A DNA stretch of 63,991 nucleotides, counting the filler, from Collodictyon triciliatum (lineage: Eukaryota), in NCBI GenBank assembly GCA_043381765.1. It is 16 parts of 16 records of this genome, joined end to end, with 100 filler letters (N's around TTAATTAATTAA, not from the genome) between each part and the next. Parts side by side here need not be neighbours in the genome. Positions count along the whole stretch, not along the records: positions 48,565 to 52,504 come from JBHJMP010006687.1; positions 52,605 to 56,543 come from JBHJMP010006688.1; positions 56,644 to 60,581 come from JBHJMP010006689.1; positions 60,682 to 63,991 come from JBHJMP010006738.1; 12 more parts are not named here. The stretch is one strand, 5' to 3'. This document shows, one piece after another, positions 52,443-63,991 of the stretch; within the stretch, counting starts at the first letter, position 1, and every line of letters starts with the position of its first letter. The translations under genes were made by a program, and so were the position numbers. Under the pieces are notes generated by a model. The model ran no database searches and was not told the DNA's origin. It was given only the letters and a program-made list of their open reading frames with translations.

Positions 52443-53834
52443 ATATATAAACAAACCGAAACACAAAAATCACACCAACAACAACAACAACAACAACAAC
52501 AACANNNNNNNNNNNNNNNNNNNNNNNNNNNNNNNNNNNNNNNNNNNNTTAATTAATTAANNNNNNNNNNNNNNNNNNNNNNNNNNNNNNNNNNNNNNNN
52601 NNNNTGTGATTGTAATTGATTTTAGAGATGATGCCCGCCGTGCACCACGGTTTGTCAACTTGAAGCAAACCACTTCGCCAGTCAACGCCCAGCCTAGTGA
52701 GTTGATTGATACTTCTATTCATTGGTCGCCAAATATGATGTAAACACCTTTTGGCTAAACCCCACCATGGAATCAATTTTAATAATTTTTTTAAAACAAA
52801 TCATTAATCATCCAGATATGTACCCGTTCTTCTAGAATTATCACAACATATACTTTTCTTTGTTATTGCCATCCACCTAATTTTTTCTTTTCCTCCGCCA
52901 AATTCTCTCAAAAGCAAACTTTACTATACATATGTTCTCCTTTTCGCTGAACAATTTTGTTACTTTGTCTTTATCATTATTTCCGCGTTTACATCCTTCC
53001 GTCTGGCTTTAATAAAAACTAATGACACAAGCACGCACGAAACATATCCAAACAACCACTACTCAACAACGGGCACATGTAACACATCAAGGCGCATCAT
53101 GTGTGATTTTGTGTGATTTTGTGTGATTTTTCTCTCCATGTTTCGTGTGTACTTACTGTGTCGTTACTATCTATCCCCTGGGTGTATAATCAACATACCC
53201 ATAGTCAAGGCGATTAAAAAAAGATGAGATGAGCATGCGAGGAAGCGGTCACACGCTTATTTTTGCCGACCGACCCTGTGTGCTCTTCCGTGTTTCTTTC
53301 TTGCCTCTTTTTCCTGGGACACTGCACCCGAAGCAGCTCTCGTCGAGCAAGGCTACCAAAAGACAGCAACAGGCTGCAAACGGGCCACATCACACTTCAC
53401 GAGGAACAAAGCACACCACCAGCGAGTCATCATCCCTTTATCCTTCCCGGGTGACACATCACTCGCACCCATAGCCTTGGCGAGTCCCCCACGCCTTTGA
53501 TTCGCCGGCCCAAAGAGTCGAAAGCAGAGTCCAGAATCCATATCTCTTCGCATACCGAAAGCCTGCCAGAATCACCCTTCACGCTCGGAACAATTGAACT
53601 TTTCCGCTTCTGGAAATATGTGGCGATTCCCGCCCAGATTTGCAACTTGATCAAATGCCGAAGCCCAGTGCACAGCGCATTAATCTCGATCACTGAGCTA
53701 CTCTTTTTTTTTTTTAATATGTGTGTGTTCTTGTGTGTATGTGGTCGTTTATGACTGTATGCAAGCTTAGCTGCGCTCCTCGTGTTGCGACACGCAAGAG
53801 ACCAATTTAACGCTAAACAAAAAAGCCAAAGGTT

Positions 53835-55658
53835 TTGTTCGCCTGGTTTGCACCTGAAATCTGGAACCGAAAGATGAAGTCTGAAGTCAAATTCTCTGTA
53901 ATCGAACTCGAAGAACAAGAAAGCAACGAGCAAGAAAGCACGAGGATGGTTTCTTTGCCAATGGAACAAGACTGTGACCCAAAAAGCTGGACGGAAGAGA
54001 AGCACCGAGAAAGCAACATATCGAGTCTTGTGCAAGTTGAGATTGCTGGTATTGCCACCACGGACGAAAATGGGCTACGGCGGCATGAAAATGGGGCTGG
54101 TGCCAGCTCATCGCCCCCAGGCAGTGGACCAATTCATATCCCTAAAGATAAAGAAAGCACACGTCCTCCAACAAGAAACAGTAATGCACTGGAAGTTTCC
54201 TCAAACGAGCAACAATACGCCGTCTCTAGATCATTTTTCAGACCTAATCAGTTCCGGACATGGAAAGAGTCTGTCATGTATGCAGCGACATCGGTAATGT
54301 GGACAGGATTTCACTCGATCATATTATCAATTATTCCTAGCTCCATTCTATTTTTTATGTGCGCATCTGTATGGCTATTCGAGCCCAAGGTTGACAACTT
54401 TCTCATCTACCATATACTGTTGATAACAGTTCTGAATGTGACTTCATATGCTATAATATCAATATTGGTCATGAATGTATTTGGAAGAAATGTTGTTACA
54501 CCACTAATATTTCGATTTACAATTCCTTTTTGTTTGGTGCATTGTGTTCTGTTCTTAATCAGAGATATTTACTCTATTTGGTTAATTTCTATGTTTTATT
54601 ACGGGTGCTTCGTCATTTTCTGCTTCACTTTTCTCCAGAGAATCATTTCCACAAGGAATGAGGTTTTGAATAAAAGAGACAGCCAGAGGGAATCACGAAC
54701 CACCATTCTCATATCTGACGGTACACCCATGGCACTTTTCAAAGGATTCACCATCTTCTTCCTTCTCTATTACATTTCAACGTTTTATATAATACCTTAT
54801 GTAATGAATTCCAGTTTTTTCATACGCCTGTCTATACGTATTATTTTACTTCCAATCATGTTCCATGCATCAGATGCTTATATGAGTCACCTAATCATGT
54901 ATAAATCCAAGGAAAATTTGAAATATAGAATGGTATTTGGAAATATAATGGTCTTTATATCTTCTGCAATGCTCAGGATGATAGTAACAAACACACTCGA
55001 AGCAAAAAACACAGCTATAATGTCAATATCTTCGAGCATATTAGAAGTCATATTGTGGGTAACTCATATTCCACGGGCGATGTTCGCTTCAAAAATGCTT
55101 AAATATATCGCAAGTAAGGATGTGCTATGTTTTCAGTCACATAGAAAAATAAAAAATCTCAACTCAGTATCTCCTAATGAAAGACAGTCCCACGTGACTC
55201 AAGAATCTTCTAGTAGTACATCGGTTAAGAAAGATTCGGAATCGGATAGGTTTTGGACACTATTCAACCGGGAAGATGAATACACAGAATACATCAAAAT
55301 GCACCGATTTCATCGCTCTTTCTACTTATTGATGTGTGAAATCCAATTCGCCATCAATATACCAGCAATGCTTTTTCTGCTTCAACCAGTACAGCAGTAT
55401 CTCAAAATACAGTTATTTAGCAACCTAGAGCAAATGATAAGTAGCATACTCATTCAACTCCCGATTGAGATAATATCTCAAATTCTATACCTGTCAATTG
55501 ATAACTACCTTTATGGAACTGAAATCAATGTCCCCCATACTTTGAAACATGTCACCAATAGGCTTATCGTCTTGCAATGCTCCATTATACCTATCATGGT
55601 TGCCCTAAATTCAATCAATCCGTTCTGGATTAACAGAGAAGATTGGTCTGATGGTTAA
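53835..55658 (+). CDS. Intronless multi-pass membrane protein (~600 aa; true ATG probably ~53874), paralog of 263-1972
   Basis: Long ORF with a disordered N-terminus and multiple TM helices, containing SDGTPMALFKG, RIILLPIMF and LIQLPIEIISQIL. Confidence 0.85.
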   Translation: MFAWFAPEIWNRKMKSEVKFSVIELEEQESNEQESTRMVSLPMEQDCDPKSWTEEKHRESNISSLVQVEIAGIATTDENGLRRHENGAGASSSPPGSGPIHIPKDKESTRPPTRNSNALEVSSNEQQYAVSRSFFRPNQFRTWKESVMYAATSVMWTGFHSIILSIIPSSILFFMCASVWLFEPKVDNFLIYHILLITVLNVTSYAIISILVMNVFGRNVVTPLIFRFTIPFCLVHCVLFLIRDIYSIWLISMFYYGCFVIFCFTFLQRIISTRNEVLNKRDSQRESRTTILISDGTPMALFKGFTIFFLLYYISTFYIIPYVMNSSFFIRLSIRIILLPIMFHASDAYMSHLIMYKSKENLKYRMVFGNIMVFISSAMLRMIVTNTLEAKNTAIMSISSSILEVILWVTHIPRAMFASKMLKYIASKDVLCFQSHRKIKNLNSVSPNERQSHVTQESSSSTSVKKDSESDRFWTLFNREDEYTEYIKMHRFHRSFYLLMCEIQFAINIPAMLFLLQPVQQYLKIQLFSNLEQMISSILIQLPIEIISQILYLSIDNYLYGTEINVPHTLKHVTNRLIVLQCSIIPIMVALNSINPFWINREDWSDG

Positions 55659-55853
55659 CAATATCGTATGTTTCCTTCGATTTTCTATGTATTTTTGCAC
55701 TAGCTGTAACTCTGCTTGTATATAAACAAAAACACACAAAAGTCTTCTGGGCCAAATAAAAAAAGTGTATTTTATAACTATTTTCATTTAAAAAATGTAG
55801 AGGAGAACAAAGTGTCTTTGTTGATTCTAGAGAAAGCATGACTCTGTTGTTAC

Positions 55854-55880
55854 TTTTTTCTCCTTTATTCGATTCAAAGT
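55854..55880 (+). repeat. Micro-element copy 7
   Basis: TTTTTTCTCCTTTATTCGATTCAAAGT, with GTTGT on both sides. Confidence 0.78.
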
Positions 55881-57112
55881 TGTGCGGCTTGGTTGTTATT
55901 GGTAATTTTCGGAGCAGCAAAATGTATGAACAAAGTCGTTTAAATCATTGCAATCGGCTCGACATGAGAGAATAAAACAGGCATGTCGGGCTCAAAGTTT
56001 TCGTTTTGATATTTAAAAATATTCATGTATCCTTGAAAACCTTTATTTGATTCATTAGTGAGTCAAATGTCATGCTCGATTGGCTAAAAATTTCACTAGC
56101 AGCTGTTAGTCCTGCATTAACTCACTCGGGACTTCAATTGATTTTTTCAACGATGTCGTCTCAAAAACATTCTTTGACTTACAATATAAAGCGATGAGAT
56201 ACTTGTGCGATTGTGCCTCTTCCTTTTTCTTTTTTCTTTTTTTTCTTTTTTTCTCTTTTTTTCTCTTTTTCTTTTTTCTTTTTTTTTTTTCAATGCAAGG
56301 TACCAGACGGGGTTCTTAATAAAGTAAGCACCAGAAAAAATATTTAAATACGAATGAGGCGAAAACGGATGTGATTTGAACTATGCTCAAGTACTTTTAA
56401 TCCTGAATATCCGTCGCTTTATATCAAGCAAGAATCATATTACATATTGCAGCCCTTTCAGAAACTGGGGGTTCATAGTTTTTTTTTTATTTGCGTGCGA
56501 TGAGCCCAAACTCTCGGTATATTATTGTAAAATTTCAGTGGCTNNNNNNNNNNNNNNNNNNNNNNNNNNNNNNNNNNNNNNNNNNNNTTAATTAATTAAN
56601 NNNNNNNNNNNNNNNNNNNNNNNNNNNNNNNNNNNNNNNNNNNAGAATAGAATAGAATAGAATAGAATAGAATAGAATAGAATAGAATAGAATAGAATAG
56701 AATAGAATAGAATAGAATAGAATAGAATAGAATAGAATAGAATAAAAAAGAATAAAAGATAAGAAGAGAAATAGAATAAAAAAAGAATAATCGGTGCTCC
56801 ATGTCTTAAACCTTGCTATTCAATTTCTAATTCATTCCCACGTTCTAAAACAAACAAACAAACAAACAAACAAACAAACAAACAAACAAACAAACAAACA
56901 AACAAACAAACAAACAAACAAACAAACAAACAGCTTTAATATCCGTATTACAAAAGAATACCTCAATCATATACACAAGGTTACACTTCCAAGCCACCTA
57001 TATACATGATTAAAATGAAAGAATTCTCAATATCCGAGCAAACATTCAAGGCGACGGACTTGTTCGTTTATTCCTTCACCAGACATACGTTTTCCAGCTG
57101 TTTCCCACGTAT

Positions 57113-60100
57113 CTACACTAAAGTAAAGTCGTCTGCCTCGTCATCCTCGTCATCTCCATCGCCATCGGTATCATCATCGAAGTCAGCAGCATCCGCACTT
57201 GTTTGCGTCACATACGTTGGCGTTTTCTCAAAGACAGCCACAAATGCGTTTAATCGAATCTGTCGAGGAAAACACACGCACGAATATCAGTTAACGAAAC
57301 GCTCACCCAACGAAGCTGTCCAAGCAGGAGTCCATTAATATAGAAAACCTGCTCTCTGTCCAAACACACAAGAAATTGCATAAAAAAATTATTGGGATTC
57401 TCACTCCTTCGACGCGGCTGCACAAGTCCAGGAAGTCAAACTCTGTCGAGCAGAGAAAGCCGATGGCGAAGGACGGGTCAAGACCAGAAAGAGGCATTTT
57501 TGAGGGGAACTTGCAGCTGAATGTCTGCAAAAGAAACCGTCGTTAGGCGAGCGCTTCTGATTCAGTATTTGGTGCATACTTTTTTCCCATCATTCTTTTC
57601 AGTTATATGCTTACATCAATAATTGCTTCGATATGGTCACTGTGTTGCTTTGTGGTATGCGGGTCGAGATAGATAAGGCTGCTCCCTGTGTAACCACCAT
57701 GTGTGAAACATGGTTACGTTTTAACATTTATTTTCATTTAAATACACGTTTTTTTTTTTCATGTCTTTTCAATTTGGTCGAAGAGAATCCCTGATAGATT
57801 GATTCTGTAAAATTATTCCAACAGTTCCAGAGTGAACAGCGCCGCGAATATAATTCGAAATAATATGAAAGGAGTTGAATGGGACGTAAAAACCACAAGC
57901 CTTGAGATCCAACAAAGTAATACGATGCTCTTGGACGGCCTCCGACAATTCCAAGGCTTTGTGGCCATTCAAAAGTCTGCAACATTACACAACATATATT
58001 TCCAATACGAATTTAATTCGCCAAATGTTTTCTTTTCTCATATTTACTAATGCGTTTGTCCACGTATTTGATTATCGAGAAATATGAATGACATGAAAAC
58101 CTGAATAATTTGTGGCTCGTAGACGGGATTCAGATGTTCAAGCCCCAAGCGCACCGGGATGTAGAGAAAAACTGGTTTCCATTGACGAGTTTCTTTTGCG
58201 ATGGTAAAAACCTCGTCCTTGTAGATGGAGCCGTTTCTTTTTTTTTTTTTTAAAAAAAAAGGGTTGATAATTGTATTCATTAAACAGAGTGGATGATAGG
58301 AGAGCTCCACGTATTTTTATCTCAACCCGCCTCAAACAATGCCACGTAAAATGGTTTAAATGTACTTTTGGTACACTGTGTTAAATGAAGTTTTGCAATA
58401 TTTAAAATTACTTACCGACATACAATCATCTTGATGGAGCTGCCTTCGTTTTTGTTCACAAGCTCTCTGCAATTAAAATTAAAATTAAAATTAAAATTAA
58501 AATTAAAATTAAAATTAAAATTAAAATTAAAATTAAAATTAAAATTAAAAAAGAAAAAGAAAAAGAAAAAGAAAAAGAAAAAGAAAAAGAAAAAGAAAAA
58601 GAAAAAGAAAAAGAAAAAGAAAAAGAAAAAGAAAAAGAAAAAGAAAAAAGATTGTCTCACACGAACTAAAGGATATATACGGTTTCACATAAAATGATTT
58701 AATGATGAATAACGGGGCGTACTGCAAAGAGTTTCCTATAGCCGTCGGAGAGAACCATTGACCGAGACTTATTCCATGCTTTTGTGAAGACCGGATGATG
58801 TGATGAATTGAGTAGGGTGATTCAGGGGCTGGCGAATCCACAAACCAGGACACAATCTGTGCCACGATACAAACCGTTTATCAAATTGAATCATATCAAT
58901 AAACTGCCGATGGTATTGCGTGCAATCGGTAAAAATAAGTAAATAATAGAAATGTGAAACTAAGTGATTGGAATGTAGGTAAATACAGAGAAAAAAACCC
59001 ACTTTGCTATATTCTGAGCATTGTGCACTTTGTTCAAGGACGAAACCTACGTGATACAAAAACTGTTCAAAGTAATCCAAATACCAGTCCGAACTATACA
59101 GAGTATTGAAGCGAGCATCATTCATACCTTCTCCCAAAATCTGTCTTGAAAATGCCTTCGCCAACATCATTTGGCCGGTGCGAATCATACACCCCCACCC
59201 AGCATCAGTGCTTATAATCGATTGTTCGAATGGTTGAAAGTCCTTCAATTATATAAAAATATTTTTACAACAAGAGAATGGCGGAGACTGTGTTTTGTTC
59301 GCAAACGATGGGCATTTGTTTCCCCTCTTCAGCATTTCATAAATGAGGTAACACAAACCCTTCTATATGTAATCCATATGATGGACCGAAAGTGGCGCAG
59401 AAATAGCTCGATATGAGCAGAGGGATGGCTGCCGTCTGGTTCCGTGGTGTGATTTAGTTACAGGGGGTAAAACTGGATGAGCCATCTTGGACTACAAACC
59501 AAATGCGCTTGCTTCATCGCTCTCATCATCAACCAAGACGAATTCAGATGATTTCTCGTGACTGAACTTATTCCCCAGCAGAACAAGCGGTAACTCTTCC
59601 AGGGCTACCTCAGATAAACAATAATCAGGCTTTTTTTTTTCTTATGAAAAGTAATGTGTCAATAGCATATTGTAAACTTCTAAATGAAATTGATTCAAAT
59701 GAGATGAAAGGTGGGATCAGAGGTTTTCCACAGAATGTGCAGTTGTTCAGCAGAATCATTCCGGATAACTCACAGAGGCTTTGCATGGCTGGTGCCTGAT
59801 AATCGCAGGAATTCATAGAACCAAAATATCCACCAGAGTAACAAAAGCAACAACCTTGTGAAAAGAGTTCAAGGATGCAACCAAAAGAAAGGCTTCGTGT
59901 ACAACCAGGTAGCTGAAGCAGAGGGCTTGCAGGGGAGTGGGCCTTTAGAATCGGTGGTTGCAGACCCTGCAAGTTCGATGTGATTGAGTACGATTTCATA
60001 ATAGGTTTGAACGTGTCCACATCTTGTTCTTTCTTCTGTTCGATACTTCTGCACAAATAAATCGCTTAAAAGGTGGGTTTCCATAAGTTTTGGACGATTC

Positions 60101-60397
60101 AAATATATTCGGGCGCGGTTCTTTTTGTGAAAATAATATCCTTTCTGAAGATATTGCCCATTATAATTTATTTCCCGAAGTTTGGATACTTAAAAGTGTT
60201 CAAATAGTGACTCGAATAAATCACGCTGAAGATCCATGGGAAATTAAAGAGAAAATCATAATAATTTAGTTTTATCAACTTTTTTTTACTTCACATCGTC
60301 AAGATGCCAAGAGAAAAAAAATTCCAGAGCAAATAAGTTGGACTGCAGAGTCATTTGAAACCTGACGGGGGAGAAGTTGTCCCTTCTTAATGTCCAT
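57113..60397 (-). CDS. ATG4: ATG4 cysteine protease (peptidase C54)
   Basis: IWITYR-KDF...TDAGWGCMIRTGQMMLA, PYSIH, GQWFSP, PVRLGLEHLNPVY, PQSLGIVGGRPRASYYFVG, YLDPH, LDPSFAIGF, and an acidic C-terminus ending DDFTLV (LIR-like). Confidence 0.97.
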
Positions 60398-60708
60398 CTA
60401 CAAGGCTGGTCTGAGATTGGTGCGTAAGTAGAGCAAAAAATAAAATAAAATTAAATTAAAAATAACAGCCTCATCGAAGGTCCGGTAAAAAATATATATT
60501 GCAAAAGAGAATAAAAAAAGAGAATAAAAAAAGAGAATAAAAAAAGAGAATAAAAAAAGAGAATAAAAAAAGAGAATAAAANNNNNNNNNNNNNNNNNNN
60601 NNNNNNNNNNNNNNNNNNNNNNNNNTTAATTAATTAANNNNNNNNNNNNNNNNNNNNNNNNNNNNNNNNNNNNNNNNNNNNTTCCGCTTATAGCCCTCGA
60701 GTCTTTAT

Positions 60709-60770
<62 letters not shown>

Positions 60771-61099
60771 GACGTTTCCACTCTCGTTGTCCTTTAATTC
60801 CTCCACATCTTCTCTTCCTCTCCTTCTTTCCCCTCGCATCTTTCCTGTCGATTTAAGCAGTGAGTCCACACCGGCATCTTTGCCATAAACAAACCGCACA
60901 TACTCACCGCCCCCACGCAGAGAGCAAAGCCTTCCGCGTCCCGCCTCTGCTCCATGTCCTCTGATCCGGTCGGTTTCTCGTTCAAGCCTCTCCTTTGACC
61001 CGCCTCTTGCAGGGCCCAAGTCTCGCCCATTTCTTTGCCGCACGCAGCCCACTCACGCTTCTTGCATATGCGCTTTTCCTTCACAAGCGGTCTTTGTCG

Positions 61100-62303
61100 T
61101 CGTTCAGTCTGCTCAGGACGGACGATCCCGTGGCAAGCGCCCGGCACGCCAGCGAGTTTGCCATTAGTCCGCGTGGGATGGTGGCGCCTGTCGCGCTCTT
61201 TGATGCTACTTTGGACCGTGCTTTCGCGCGGGTCGGTTCAAGAAAACTTGTGCGGATTACAGCAAACAAAGACTACTTTGAATGGTTCCAAGCTAGCAAT
61301 GCAGTAATAGGTTGATTGGTTATGTAAAGACACAAGAAAGAAGAAACAGTAGAAGAAGAAACAAGAGATAGAGGACTGTTTTTATTTTCTTTTACTCCTT
61401 ACAATTTTGCCATGAAAAAGAATAATTCATTTATTCATTTGTATATTAATATATATATTTTGTCTTTATTATGACAATATGGTTGCAATGTAATAAACAT
61501 GTATAAAATTCGTGCAGAAACTGCTTCATACTAAATTCTTTATTATCTCCATGTGCTTGTTGAATAGTTTTTTACCTGGAAGAAACAGACTTCTAATATT
61601 TAATAATAATTTTATTTACGTTTCCAGAGACGCATGTATAACAGCGATGTAATTGCGGTGCAATATCGCCCCTCAATTAATCCAAATGTGATTGTATCAT
61701 GCCTGAAGCCGAAAGGAAGAAAGAGAAAGCTGAAGAGATATGAATTTTTTCTTGGGACAGCCGAAATAACAATGACTTTCGCGTGTTCTCTTCACGCCCA
61801 TTCCATCGTTTATAAGACGAGAGGTTTTTGAATCTTTATTTCCTACATCGGGATTTATTCAAAAAAAAAAAAAAAAGGCATAACGACAACAACAACCGAA
61901 AAGAACACAATTTTATGATTGAATAAAGTCTACATCATGTTTCTATCTTTGTTAACTTTTATTTGGAAAAAAAAAAGGGACATTTTATCGGCTGTCTTTT
62001 TTTTTTTAAAGAAAAAAATAAAAACTCGAAGCACATTATATACATTTCTAAAACGAATGAAGGAAATGAAAAATGATGCATCCAGTCATTTAATATATTT
62101 TCCGAGTAATAATGATGTATCTACTAGATATCACCTATGCCAGAAGAAACTATTCAATTCTTGTGGAGCAGACATACGGGAAGGGATTTGGATTATCTAC
62201 CTGGACTGACATTATTCGCCCAATTCTATCAGTATGCTCTGACTATTTTCAAGCTTCGGTAACAGGTTCGATTTCTTTCTTTCTTCCTTTCTTTCTTTCT
62301 TTT

Positions 62304-62399
<96 letters not shown>

Positions 62400-62610
62400 T
62401 TGTTTTTAATATAAACAAGGTAACTGTGATACCCAAGTACATGACGGCATGTATTCGAAAGTACTTGTACCATTTATGATCTTTATATCGATATCTCAAA
62501 CTATCTCTTGCGTAGAAATCTTTAATCATGGAGATGGGATAGCCATTACGAGAAGCCTAAGTGTTGACCTGGATGGAATATTGATAGGTGAAATCCAGAT
62601 CGCTCACTAA
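61100..62610 (+). CDS. Probable multi-exon gene of unknown function
   Basis: Exon-like frames bounded by GT/AG: DYFEWFQASNAVI; RMYNSDVIAVQY...YEFFLGTAEI; ITYARRNYSILVEQTYGKGFG. No family recognised. Confidence 0.35.
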
Positions 62611-63894
62611 AAAGAAAAAATGATACGCGCAAAGAATTTATTTGAAATTTTTTTTATTTGTGCCCTGTGTCCATCATGATTTTGATTTGATTTTTCCTAT
62701 CTTGTAATTTTCTTTAATTTATCGCATCTTAATAACATCGCCGTGCTATCTCGACATATCAGTCGGAGGGGACCACCTTTTCCTGGAGGTCATGGACTCG
62801 TTGGCCAACAGAGAAGATATAAATGTTTGTTTGGAAGCGTGGAAAATAGGTGTCATACCAGCAGGTTTTTAGAACATATGTTCTTATATTTATGTATTTC
62901 CTGGCATCTTTCCACTTTAACAGGTCTTCGATTACTATGCTTATCATAATTCATAATACTTGTATTTGCCTTTTTCTTTTTTATTCAATTTATCATTTTT
63001 TATTTTTACAAAAATCAATATCATTTAATTAATTCTTATTGTCACTTGTCAGTTAAAATTTTTATTGTTGATGAGAGGTTTATGTAAATCATTTTAACCT
63101 ATTATTACTCTAAAATCGAATATGGGTTCACTCCCATACACGTATCCTGACCGATTAAATTATTAGGAAACTCAAACAGACTTGCTCATAGTATGATATC
63201 AACTGACCCACGAGAAGCTCTCTTATTCTGCTTGAAAGGTCCAGTGTAGTGCCCATATGTATTTTTACAATCACAAAACATTATTGCACCACCTCATGGA
63301 TTCCTTTATCTGATGATTATCCTGGAAAAGCAACCAAATATTGAGAAGCATGATTAAATTCAGACTATGGCAGATAAATAATGAGAAATCATACAATAAT
63401 GCAAAATAGATTTATATATATGTCTACAAGTGCAATATGTATTGTTTAGATAAATGAATATTACATTCATATACAGATACATACCAAAGCAAAAAACTGG
63501 AGGAGATTACACGCATTCCACATTTCCCAAAGATTTATAGTGCTTCAAATGAGCAATCAGAACTCTGCAACCAAAATGAACAGGTAACCATACATACATA
63601 GTTTATGTTGTTTTATTTATTTTGACCTACGAAACAAGCCAGTAATTATTTTTTTTTACGATGCCATTAAAGAACACTACCATGGAATGTACATCATGAC
63701 AGAGAAATAAACACACTTTCGAATGATGTTTACATTTGTGTTCATTTATTTTAAAAAAATTAAAAATTCATTTATAGATTGCCATAAAGCTTTATTGTAA
63801 TCCAACACAGAAACGCAGCTAATCATTCAAAATAAATAAATAAATAAAACATGGAAAAGGAATAGTAGGCACTTTTAGCTTACTCTTGGTTGAT

Positions 63895-63955
<61 letters not shown>

Positions 63956-63991
63956 TTTAAAATTTTTTTTTAAAATTTTTATTCCATTTTT

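Overview
This window is not one locus. It is 16 unrelated eukaryotic contigs of about 3.3-3.96 kb, sorted by decreasing length and joined by an artificial 100-nt spacer (N44-TTAATTAATTAA-N44). The source looks like an intron-rich, microsatellite-rich, AT-rich protist using the standard genetic code. Recognisable spliced host genes are CDC14, a TRIM-NHL-like protein, a bacterial-type GltS Na+/glutamate symporter carrying introns, a WD40 protein, an atypical Rab-like GTPase, SSRP1/POB3, an anoctamin, PP4R3/SMEK, a SIKE/FGFR1OP2 protein and ATG4. Two intronless paralogous multi-pass membrane proteins belong to a family I cannot name. Mobile or foreign DNA includes an intact-looking Polinton-like virus/virophage segment (penton, A32-like ATPase, TVpol-SF3 helicase), a decayed Fanzor1 nuclease gene with downstream hairpins, and a LINE reverse-transcriptase remnant. 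A ~24-nt micro-element (TTTTTCCTTTATTCGATTCAAAGT) recurs in 7 of the 16 contigs, with several copies flanked by target-site-like duplications. All family calls come from motif recognition by eye, and exon boundaries are approximate.
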